Part shown: in pieces, positions 1-7,679 of the stretch
Layout of the letters: each line of letters starts with the position of its first letter
Position numbering within the stretch: the stretch's first letter is position 1
DNA from: an uncultured bacterium
Lineage (GTDB): Bacteria; Eisenbacteria; RBG-16-71-46; CAIMUX01; WJJG01
DNA: 64,000 nt
Assembly (NCBI GenBank): GCA_964603725.1
Contig: CAZRWW010000001.1
Location: forward strand, 5,634-69,633
Direction of reading: 5' to 3'
Position numbers and translations under genes: made by a program
The notes under the pieces: generated by a model
Database searches by the model: none
What the model was told of the DNA's origin: nothing
The model's input: the letters and a program-made list of their open reading frames with translations, nothing else

Positions 1-214
1 TGGGCTTGAGCGACACGCCGGCCAGCTCAGGCGGCAGGCTCTCGGGCCGGCGCAGCGACAGCACGAAGCCGGCCGTGCCGCGGCCGCGCAAGGGCAGGCG
101 CACGCGGTGCCCTGGACGCAGGCGCGCGATCAAGTGCTCCGGGACGCTGTAGTAGAGAGGCCGCGCCAGCGCGACCGGCAGCGCCACTTCGGCGATGGGG
201 GCAACCGGGTTCAC
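1..214 (-). CDS. priA: Primosomal protein N' (PriA), 5' portion only; the gene runs off the left edge of the window
   Basis: Reverse-strand translation from a GTG at 214 gives (M)NPVAPIAEVALPVALARPLYYSVPEHLIARLRPGHRVRLPLRGRGTAGFVLSL. This matches the conserved PriA N-terminus (IAEVALPV ... V.VPFG.R...G.VV). A GGAG lies about 10 nt upstream. The six-frame track did not list this ORF, probably because it is truncated. Confidence 0.55.
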   Translation of the reverse strand, partial: MNPVAPIAEVALPVALARPLYYSVPEHLIARLRPGHRVRLPLRGRGTAGFVLSLRRPESLPPELAGVSLKP

Positions 215-389
215 GATCGGTGACTCCGCACCGGGGGCGAGCGCGACGATCCGAGCCCTTTTTCAGTCCGCCCCGGTCCTGAGTGGAATTCCGGAACGGC
301 CCTTGTTTCGGATGCGCCGCCTGCGCCTCACCGGTGCGGAGTATAGCGGCTGAGAATCGAAGTTCTCCAACAGGATCCGCGGCGGCCGG

Positions 390-803
390 CTAGAATCCAA
401 CGGCCTGTTCGCCCGCCTTCGGCGCGCGGCTCAGCAGGCTGCGGATCCGGTCGATCAACTCCACGGGGCGGAACGGCTTGGTGATGTAGGCGCTCGCTCC
501 CACCTCAAGGCCCCGGGTGCGGTCTTCCTCGCCGTGCTTCGCGGTCAGCAGGATGATCGGGGTCTCGGCAAAACGCTCGTCGGTGCGCAGGCGCCGGCAC
601 ACTTCATAGCCGTCCATGTCGGGCATCAAGATATCCAGGACGATCAGGTCCGGGCTCTCCCGGTCCGCCTGCGCCAGCGCCTCGTGACCGCTCATGGCGG
701 TGATGACTTCGTAGCCCTCCATCCCAAGACTGAACTCCAGGATGTGGGCGATGTAGACTTCATCGTCAACCACGAGGATCCGCTTGCGCTTCACTGCCGG
801 CAT
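390..803 (-). CDS. Single-domain CheY-like response regulator (receiver only)
   Basis: 137 aa with KRILVVDDE ... LDILMPDMDGYEV ... LTAK ... YITKPF, the canonical REC-domain motifs. Confidence 0.85.
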   Translation of the reverse strand: MPAVKRKRILVVDDEVYIAHILEFSLGMEGYEVITAMSGHEALAQADRESPDLIVLDILMPDMDGYEVCRRLRTDERFAETPIILLTAKHGEEDRTRGLEVGASAYITKPFRPVELIDRIRSLLSRAPKAGEQAVGF

Positions 804-854
804 TCCTCCCCCGGTCGCGGCCTTGACCAGACCGCGCGGTGCGTGAACCAGGTG

Positions 855-1799
855 CTAGGCCGCCCGGCGTTCCCAGACGACGATGCTGCCCGCGCTCTGC
901 TTGCCCAGGCTCTTGAGCTCGGCCGCCCTCTGGCTGATCTCCCCGATGTGCGCGATCTCACCACCCCGCACCGTCACGCCGGCGATCGTCACGCTCATGA
1001 GGGGAAAGCGGGTCGTCTGGCCGGAGCGGTCGTGCGTCTCGATGTAGCCGCACTCTCGATCCTCGGGCGTGTACAGCTTGGGCGCCTTCTCGTCGAACTC
1101 GCGGATGATCTCTTGCGCCACCGCCTGCGCGTGGTCCGCGTCCACGATCAGGATGAAGTCGTCCCCGCCCACGTGGCCGATGAAGTCTCCCCCGGAGCCT
1201 TCCAGACTCACCGCCGACAGGATGATCGATGCCGTCAGTTTGATGGCTTCGTCGCCCTTGCGGAAGCTGTAGCGGTCGTTGAACGACTTGAAGTTGTCCA
1301 GATCGAGATACATGAAGGCGAACGCAGCCTGGCGACTCAGCCGCTTGCGAAGCTCCTGCTCGATGGCCACATTGCCCGGCAGGCCGGTCAGCGGATTGGC
1401 CGCGCGCTGCAGTTGGCTCCACTGCAGGATGTTCCGCACGCGCACGAGCAGCTCTTCGACTTCGTAGGGCTTGGTCAGGTAGTCGTTGGCGCCGCCCGAG
1501 AGCCCGCGAATCCGGTCCTCTTGCTCGGAGCGGGCCGTGAGCATGATCACCGGTATGTTCGCCGTGGAGACATCCGACTTCAATGCCGCGCAGACCTCAT
1601 ACCCGTTCATGCCCGGCATCATGACATCGAGCAGAACGAGATCCGGGACTTCGTCGGCCACCGCCCGGAGCGCCTGCTCCCCGTCCTCCGCCGCCCGCAC
1701 GGTGTAGCCGGCCCGCTCGAGCTGCATCTTGAGGATGGTCCGCAGGCTGATGTCGTCTTCGACGATGAGTATTCTTCCCTCAGCGCTGCTGTCTGACAT
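855..1799 (-). CDS. REC-GGDEF response regulator (PleD/WspR-like diguanylate cyclase); signature motif is GGDDF
   Basis: N-terminal receiver (ILIVEDD ... LLDVMMPGMNGYEV ... LTAR ... YLTKP) followed by a GGDEF fold (NFKSFNDRYSFRKGDEAI ... HVGGDDFILIV). The likely start is MSDSS at 1799, not the track start 1865. Confidence 0.85.
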   Translation of the reverse strand: MSDSSAEGRILIVEDDISLRTILKMQLERAGYTVRAAEDGEQALRAVADEVPDLVLLDVMMPGMNGYEVCAALKSDVSTANIPVIMLTARSEQEDRIRGLSGGANDYLTKPYEVEELLVRVRNILQWSQLQRAANPLTGLPGNVAIEQELRKRLSRQAAFAFMYLDLDNFKSFNDRYSFRKGDEAIKLTASIILSAVSLEGSGGDFIGHVGGDDFILIVDADHAQAVAQEIIREFDEKAPKLYTPEDRECGYIETHDRSGQTTRFPLMSVTIAGVTVRGGEIAHIGEISQRAAELKSLGKQSAGSIVVWERRAA

Positions 1800-2006
1800 C
1801 GCCCCTCCGGTGGCTTCAGGCTGTTCCGTGACTGGCCCTACTACCCATCGGCCCCGGGGAGCCATTGTTTAGCAGGTGACTGAGGCGCTGGCCGAGCGAT
1901 GGCTCGCCCGCGGGCGCCGGCACGCCGCCTGCGCCGATTCAGGGGCAGGGGCTTGCAGAACGCTCTGGCCCTGGGCCGAGATTCGCATCGCGCACGATGA
2001 GCGTCT

Positions 2007-2082
2007 GGCGGGGTTCAGCCCCGGCCGAGCCCGCGGCTGGCGGGGTTCAGCGCCCAGCTCCTTGGGATGGCGGGGCTCAGCC
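2007..2082. repeat. Three tandem imperfect ~31-bp repeats sharing the core TGGCGGGG(T/C)TCAGC
   Basis: Core copies lie at 2006-2020, 2038-2052 and 2068-2082. They sit in the intergenic region downstream of tsaD and upstream of the GGDEF regulator. Confidence 0.5.
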
Positions 2083-2118
2083 GCCGGGGATCTTGAAGCG
2101 GATGCCCCGTCGGTGGTT

Positions 2119-3186
2119 TCAGGAGATGGCGGCGTAGAAACCGTGCCAGTCGTCCAGGTTGGGAATCGCCGCCAGATCGTGAGTCGAAGCCTGCCCGCCG
2201 GCGAGTCGCTGGAGACCGGTCATGCCTACCATGGCGGCGTTATCGCCGCAGAAGCTCGTGGGGGGAATGACGAGGTCCAGACCCCGCTGGCGGGCGCCGG
2301 CTTCCAGAGTGGTGCGCAGCGACGGGTTGGCCGCCACGCCGCCCGCCACCACGAGTTGGCGCACGCCGGCCTTCTCGGCGGCCTTCCACAGCTTCTGCGC
2401 GAGGACCTCCACGACCGCGGCCTGGAAGCTGGCCGCCACATCCGCCACGAGGCGTTCCCGGTCCGCGGCAGCGCTTGGTCGATCCGGCCAGCCCAACGCG
2501 TCGAGATGCAGCTTCACCGCGGTCTTCAGGCCGCTGAAGCTCAGATCAAGTCCGCCGATCTCGATGTCGAGCCAGGCGCGCGGGAAGGCGTAAGCGTCCG
2601 GCCGCCCGGCCGCCGCCGCGCGGGAGATGGCGGCTCCGCCCGGGAATCCCATCCCAAGCAGTTTGGCCACCTTGTCGAAGGCCTCCCCGGCCGCATCGTC
2701 GCGGGTGGCGCCCAGCAGCTCCCAACCGCCCCACTGCCGAACCAACACCAGTTCCGTGTGCCCTCCGGAGGCCACCAACCCCACGAAAGGCAGTTCCACC
2801 CGCTCCGTGCCGCGATCCAGCGCCGCCGCGGCCAGGTGGGCTTCCACGTGGTTGACGCCCACGACCGGTATGCCCAACCCGTAAGCCAGGGCCTTGCCGA
2901 GCGAGAGACCCACGAGGAGCGACCCGATCAGACCGGGGCCGTTGGTCACCGCCACGGCTTCGAGATCGCTCAAACCCACGCCGGCCTCGCCCAGCGCCCG
3001 CCGGAGAACGGGTCCGATCAGGCGCAGGTGTTCCCGGGAGGCCAGTTCCGGAACGATCCCCTCGTATTCGGCGTGCACCAGATGCGAGGAGACCGCGCTG
3101 CTGAGCAGGTCGGCGCCGCCGGGCCGTCCACGCAGCACCGCCACGCAGGTATCATCGCAAGAGGTTTCAATTGCCAGCAGCAGCAT
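2119..3186 (-). CDS. tsaD: tRNA N6-adenosine threonylcarbamoyltransferase TsaD (Kae1/YgjD family)
   Basis: 355 aa: MLLLAIETSCDDTCVAVL ... VNHVEAHL ... GVAANPSLR. This is a full-length TsaD signature, including the His motif for metal binding. Confidence 0.9.
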   Translation of the reverse strand: MLLLAIETSCDDTCVAVLRGRPGGADLLSSAVSSHLVHAEYEGIVPELASREHLRLIGPVLRRALGEAGVGLSDLEAVAVTNGPGLIGSLLVGLSLGKALAYGLGIPVVGVNHVEAHLAAAALDRGTERVELPFVGLVASGGHTELVLVRQWGGWELLGATRDDAAGEAFDKVAKLLGMGFPGGAAISRAAAAGRPDAYAFPRAWLDIEIGGLDLSFSGLKTAVKLHLDALGWPDRPSAAADRERLVADVAASFQAAVVEVLAQKLWKAAEKAGVRQLVVAGGVAANPSLRTTLEAGARQRGLDLVIPPTSFCGDNAAMVGMTGLQRLAGGQASTHDLAAIPNLDDWHGFYAAIS

Positions 3187-3420
3187 GTTTCACCCGCTCG
3201 CGCCGGTCCACAGCTCCGGGCTCTTGTCGCTGCTTCGCTCGCCCCAGCGACACCCGGCGGCCGAGTCGCCCGTCAGCCTACCATGCCGGCCGCCTGCCGA
3301 GCTATGTGGGCTCGGGCCCGGACCGCTCGCGCCGCCGGGCCCTGGCCGGACCCCCTCGATCGCGCACGCCGCGCCTGGCCGCGCACGCCACCCCCGGTTG
3401 CGCACGCCGCGCCTGGCCGC

Positions 3421-3450
3421 TTGGTCGGCAGGCCGCCCGCGGGCTATAAT
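3421..3450 (+). promoter_or_regulatory. Candidate sigma70-type promoter reading toward the PLD-like gene
   Basis: TTGGTC (3421-3426), an 18-nt spacer, then a perfect TATAAT (3445-3450). It lies in the 400-bp divergent region between tsaD and the PLD gene. Just upstream is a 21-bp direct repeat GCGCACGCCGCGCCTGGCCGC x2 (3361-3381 and 3400-3420). Confidence 0.3.
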
Positions 3451-3587
3451 GCGGCTGGCTTGCGGACGTCCCCGGCACCTCGCGGGCGGGTGCGTCGTCC
3501 TGCGGTCAGGATCGCCTCACCCGAGGCCCGCGACCGCGCCCTGCGGCCTTTCACCGGAGTTCCGCCGGCAGGCGGATTCGAGGGGGA

Positions 3588-6026
3588 TTGCAGCTCATGG
3601 TCAACATCGCCGGAGCCGCCCGTCCGGGCGGAACGCTTGCCGCCACGCTCATGGCCCTGGTCGTCATCACGGGACTCGCCTCGCTCGGCGCCCCCGCTGG
3701 TGCGGTCGAGATCATCGCCCTGCACAACAACACCTCGCAGGGAGTCCCGGCGTCGCCTTACACGATCGGCACGCAGGTGACGGTCACGGGCGTCATCACG
3801 GTGGGCCACGGCACCTACACGCCCACCTATCTCGACGTCTACGTGCAGGACGCCACTGCCGGGATCTCCATCTACGATCCCACCGTGGCCTATCCGTTCG
3901 CGCTGGGCGACAGCGTCACGATCACGGGCGCGATCGCCCAGTATCGCGGCACGACCGAGATCGACTACCAGTCGCACGTGCTGCACGCCCACGGCGCGGA
4001 CTTGCCCGCGCCGCTGGTCGTCACCTGCCATGACGTCGAGTACGCCTTCGGGCCGGCGCCCACCTACAGCGAGCCGAACGAGGGTCGCCTGGTGCGCCTG
4101 CAGCAGGTCTCCTGGACGGGTAGCTGGCCGACCGGGAGCGGCGGCGTCACGCTGCACGACGCCTCGGGCACCTGCACCATGTACATCGATCAGGACACGG
4201 GCATCCAGAACATGACCCCGCCCTCGGGGCCCTTCAACGTCATCGGCATCATCAAGCAGTATGCCGGCTACTCGCCGCCGTACACGAGCAGCTACGAGAT
4301 CCTGCCGCGCACCCCGGCGGACATCGAGATCCTGCCCGGCCCCCAGATCCTCGTCGGGCCGCGAGAGACCAACATCCAGCACGACAACGTGACCATCCAT
4401 CTGGAGACCGATCTGCCGACGACCGCCGTCGTGCGCTACGGGCTGACCGCCTCGCACGAGCTGGGGAGCGCGACCGACGGCATCACGAGCACGGTCCACG
4501 ACGTCGTCGTTCCCGGCCTGAGCGCCGCCAAGATCTACCACTACGATGTCACCGTCGCCAACGAGACGGGCCAGACGACCACGCCCGACCGCTTGTTCTG
4601 CTCCGGGTCGGCGCCGGGATGCACGGGCCAGATGATCTGCCTGTTCAACGACTCGGTGGACCATGACTACGCGGGAGCGACCCAGGCGCAGGGCAATCAG
4701 GACTTCACGACCTGGATCATCCAGCGGATCAACGCCGCCGCGGCGACGATCGATGTCGCCATGTACAGCTTCGACCTGGCCAACGTCGCCGACGCGCTCA
4801 TCGCGGCGAAGAACCGCGGGGTCACGGTCCGCTTCGTCTACGAGTACCGCAATCCCTACCAGACGCAGGTTCAGCGCCTGGTCAGCGCCGGCATTCCGGT
4901 GATCGACGACACCTTCGGCCCAAACAATGGCGAAGGGTTGATGCACAACAAGTTCTGGATCTTCGACGTGGCCCATGCCGATCCCAGCAAGCCCTGGGTG
5001 GTCACGGGCTCCTGGAACGTGACCGATCAGGGCACCTACACGGACCAGCAGAACGTTCTCCTGGTCCAGGATCAGGCGATGGCGCGCATCTACACGACCG
5101 AGTTCAACGAGATGTGGGGCTCCAGCATCTGGATACCCAACCCCGATTACTCGCGCTTCGGCGCCAACAAGACCGACAACACGCCGAAGCTCCTCAATGT
5201 GGCCGGGCGCGAGGTGAAGGTCTACTTTGGGCCGTCGGACGCGTGGATGAACGAGCTGATCCTGGAGACGCGCGCGGCCCACAGCTCGGTCGACTTCTGC
5301 GTGCTCAGTTTCACGCGGTTTGACTTGTCGAACGAGATGCAGGCCCGGTTCTACACGATTCCGGGCTTCGCCGTCCGCGGCGTCTTCGATTCCGGCCAGA
5401 CGGGCGACCCCAACAGCCAGTGGTGGCCGATGAGCGGCCAGGGCAGCTATGCCTGGAACCCGGCCGCTGACGTGTGGCTCGACGCCGAGCTGGGCTTGCT
5501 GCACCACAAGTACCTGCTGATCGACAGCCAGCAGAGCGGCTCCGATCCGGTGACCGTCACCGGTAGCGCCAACTGGAGCACCTCGGCCATGAGCTCCAAC
5601 GATGAGAACATCGTCCTCGTTCATGACGCCGACATCACGAACCAGTACCTGCAGGAGTATGCCGAGCGCTATCACGCGGCCGGCGGCAGCTCGCTCGAGC
5701 CGCTCTCCGCCGTCGAGCCCGCGCCCCTCGCAACGGCTCCTGGCCTGGCAATCGGCCCCTCGCCGGCGCGCTCCGGGTTCGAGCTGCGCCTGGCCCTGCC
5801 CAGCGCCGGTCCGGTCAGGGTGGACCTGTACGGTCCGGACGGTCGCTTGGTGGAGCGGGTGCTCGATGAGGCGCTCGACGCCGGCCAGCACGTCATCCGC
5901 TGGCAGGCGGGATCGGGGCCCGCCGCAGGAGCGCGCGCGGGTGGCGGGATCGCCTCGGGCATGTACTTCGTGCGCGTGACGACGCCCGCCGGCGTCGCGG
6001 AGCGGCGCCTGGCGTTCGTTCGCTAA
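3588..6026 (+). CDS. Secreted phospholipase D-family (two HKD motifs) enzyme with a C-terminal T9SS-type sorting domain
   Basis: Signal peptide (MVNIAGAARPGGTLAATLMALVVITGLASLGA). Two HxK motifs (HNKFWIFD and HHKYLLID) with downstream GSxN. The C-terminal ~90 aa match the Por/T9SS tail pattern (... GMYFVRVTTPAGVAERRLAFVR). Confidence 0.75.
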   Translation: MQLMVNIAGAARPGGTLAATLMALVVITGLASLGAPAGAVEIIALHNNTSQGVPASPYTIGTQVTVTGVITVGHGTYTPTYLDVYVQDATAGISIYDPTVAYPFALGDSVTITGAIAQYRGTTEIDYQSHVLHAHGADLPAPLVVTCHDVEYAFGPAPTYSEPNEGRLVRLQQVSWTGSWPTGSGGVTLHDASGTCTMYIDQDTGIQNMTPPSGPFNVIGIIKQYAGYSPPYTSSYEILPRTPADIEILPGPQILVGPRETNIQHDNVTIHLETDLPTTAVVRYGLTASHELGSATDGITSTVHDVVVPGLSAAKIYHYDVTVANETGQTTTPDRLFCSGSAPGCTGQMICLFNDSVDHDYAGATQAQGNQDFTTWIIQRINAAAATIDVAMYSFDLANVADALIAAKNRGVTVRFVYEYRNPYQTQVQRLVSAGIPVIDDTFGPNNGEGLMHNKFWIFDVAHADPSKPWVVTGSWNVTDQGTYTDQQNVLLVQDQAMARIYTTEFNEMWGSSIWIPNPDYSRFGANKTDNTPKLLNVAGREVKVYFGPSDAWMNELILETRAAHSSVDFCVLSFTRFDLSNEMQARFYTIPGFAVRGVFDSGQTGDPNSQWWPMSGQGSYAWNPAADVWLDAELGLLHHKYLLIDSQQSGSDPVTVTGSANWSTSAMSSNDENIVLVHDADITNQYLQEYAERYHAAGGSSLEPLSAVEPAPLATAPGLAIGPSPARSGFELRLALPSAGPVRVDLYGPDGRLVERVLDEALDAGQHVIRWQAGSGPAAGARAGGGIASGMYFVRVTTPAGVAERRLAFVR

Positions 6027-6427
6027 CCTGGGAAACGGCCGGCCCCCGCCGGGCGGCGGCCACGGATTGCCAAGCGGCCACCCCCTGCCCGCAGGTGGTG
6101 GCCGCCGCTGTGCCCGCCGGGTCGGAGGACCGGGGCGGGCGCCCGGCCCGCACCTATAGCCGCGGCTCCCGCCCCGGCCCGCACCGCACCGCCTCCGTGC
6201 GGCCCGACGACCGCCATGATGCAATCATCGGGCCACGGTCCAGAGTCCCGGCGCCTGGCCCTGACCGCCGCGCCGGTGGGCACGGCCATCTCGCTCGGCC
6301 CGACGGCCATGGACGCTCGCGCCCCGGGCTTCCCGGAACACCTCCGCAGCGAGTCCCGGCCGGCACTCCCGGCGAACGCACGGTGACCGTCCGCGGTTGG
6401 TCGTGTTCAGTGAAGCCGGCCCCTCAG

Positions 6428-6529
6428 ACTGCCCCATCATGGAGCCGGCGGCCTGCTCCACCCCGGGATCGGCCGGTCTGCCCCATCACGGAACCGGCCA
6501 GCCAATCTGCCCCATCACGGAACCGGCCT
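6428..6529. repeat. Three direct copies of a ~23-bp motif (TCTGCCCCATCACGGAACCGGCC) in a 519-bp convergent intergenic region
   Basis: Copies at 6428-6449 (variant ACTGCCCCATCATGGAGCCGGC), 6477-6499 and 6507-6529. The region lies between the stops of the PLD gene (+) and the methyltransferase (-). Confidence 0.5.
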
Positions 6530-6545
6530 CCGGCGCCGGGGCCGA

Positions 6546-7430
6546 TCAGACACTGCATCGCAACACCGCCACCATCGACCGAGCGCCCTCCGACATGTCG
6601 AAGGGCTGGGTGATCGAAAGGTCGCCGAAAGTCGCCACCCAATCAAACACGCCGGAGAGCTTGACCAGCACCTTCAGCTCCTGGTGGGTGAAGACGCGCA
6701 CGGGCGCGGAATCCTCGAGAATCTCGGTCTTGTCGCCCTCGCGGATCTCCAGCGTGATCGACAGGTCGCGCACCTGCGTGACGGGGTCCAGGCCGTGGCG
6801 GCCCGGCGCGAGACGCACCTTGACGACCGTGTCCCCTCGTTGCGCTTCCCAGGACTGCCCGGTCGCGGCAGCCTCGGCCACCAGCAGCCGCGGGTGATCC
6901 GCTTCGATGACGTACAGCCCGCCACGACCGAGATTCTTGGCGACGGTCACCAGGTGCGTGATCAGGTCCTCGGTGCGCAGCAGATAGCGGAAAGAGAAGC
7001 TGGGGCAGAAGGCCAGGTCCACGGCTTCCGGCAACGAGAAGTCCCGCGGGTCGGCCAGGATGATCGCTCCCTGCCGCTCCGGTGGTCCCTCCGACCCATC
7101 GCCCGCGGGCGGCTGCAGGTCGGACCCGTCGTCGGGCGTCGCACTTCTCTTCGCGGCGGCCTGGCGCGCCTTCTCTTCCGCAAAGGCCACCATCTCGGGG
7201 CTTGGATCCACCCCGTACGCCGCGCACCCGCGCCGGGCGAGCCAGTGCAGGTGGAAGCCGGTGCCGCAACATATCTCCACGAAGGAATCCAGACGGCCGC
7301 GTCCGAGGTTGCGACTCAGGTACTCCAGAAACCCACATTCGACTTCGAGATCGCGGTCGCCAAAGGCGATGTCAAAATGCAACGGCCGGCTCGTGAGATT
7401 CTCATGTCGCAGTTGCGTGATCGGCAACAT
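6546..7430 (-). CDS. Class I SAM-dependent methyltransferase
   Basis: Motif I VEICCGTGFH and a Rossmann-like fold. The start is MLPITQLRHENL at 7430, because the upstream track extension is Arg/Ala-rich GC noise. Confidence 0.75.
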   Translation of the reverse strand: MLPITQLRHENLTSRPLHFDIAFGDRDLEVECGFLEYLSRNLGRGRLDSFVEICCGTGFHLHWLARRGCAAYGVDPSPEMVAFAEEKARQAAAKRSATPDDGSDLQPPAGDGSEGPPERQGAIILADPRDFSLPEAVDLAFCPSFSFRYLLRTEDLITHLVTVAKNLGRGGLYVIEADHPRLLVAEAAATGQSWEAQRGDTVVKVRLAPGRHGLDPVTQVRDLSITLEIREGDKTEILEDSAPVRVFTHQELKVLVKLSGVFDWVATFGDLSITQPFDMSEGARSMVAVLRCSV

Positions 7431-7679
7431 TCTCGCGTCCCTCACTCGTCCATGCCCTGGGCGGCGCGATGAGGCCGCGCGACTGGCCGCGCCGTGGGCC
7501 GCGCGAGGAGGCCCCGCGCCGTGGGCCGCGCGACGAGGCCCCGCGGGAGCATGGCGCGATGGGGCTTGCCGCACCCTCGGCCCTGGAGTAAGACCTTGGC
7601 ACGGTCGCGCTCCGGCCCCGCGGTCCGCGCGCGAGCGCCGGTCGCCGGCGTCCGCCGGCGCCGGGACACGGAGGACACC

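Noticed and set aside
3444-6224. 926-aa ORF antisense to the PLD gene. Similar long antisense ORFs occur elsewhere, for example 534..1796+, 1876..3780+, 10384..12159+, 17166..18737-, 20110..22212-, 27917..29617-, 38113..40188-, 39588..41462+, 44553..45953-, 46492..48120+, 48117..49712+, 54676..55992-, 55694..57001-, 58595..60589- and 62254..63657-.
   Set aside because: Their translations are Arg/Gly/Ala/Pro/His-rich with no domain signatures, and each overlaps a gene with a clear domain match. In ~70% GC DNA the antisense frames are stop-poor, so these are artefacts.
6428-6529. Possible mini-CRISPR array
   Set aside because: There are only three copies. The repeat is 23 bp and the spacers are 7 and 27 bp, which are irregular and too short. 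No cas genes are nearby, so it is better described as direct repeats.
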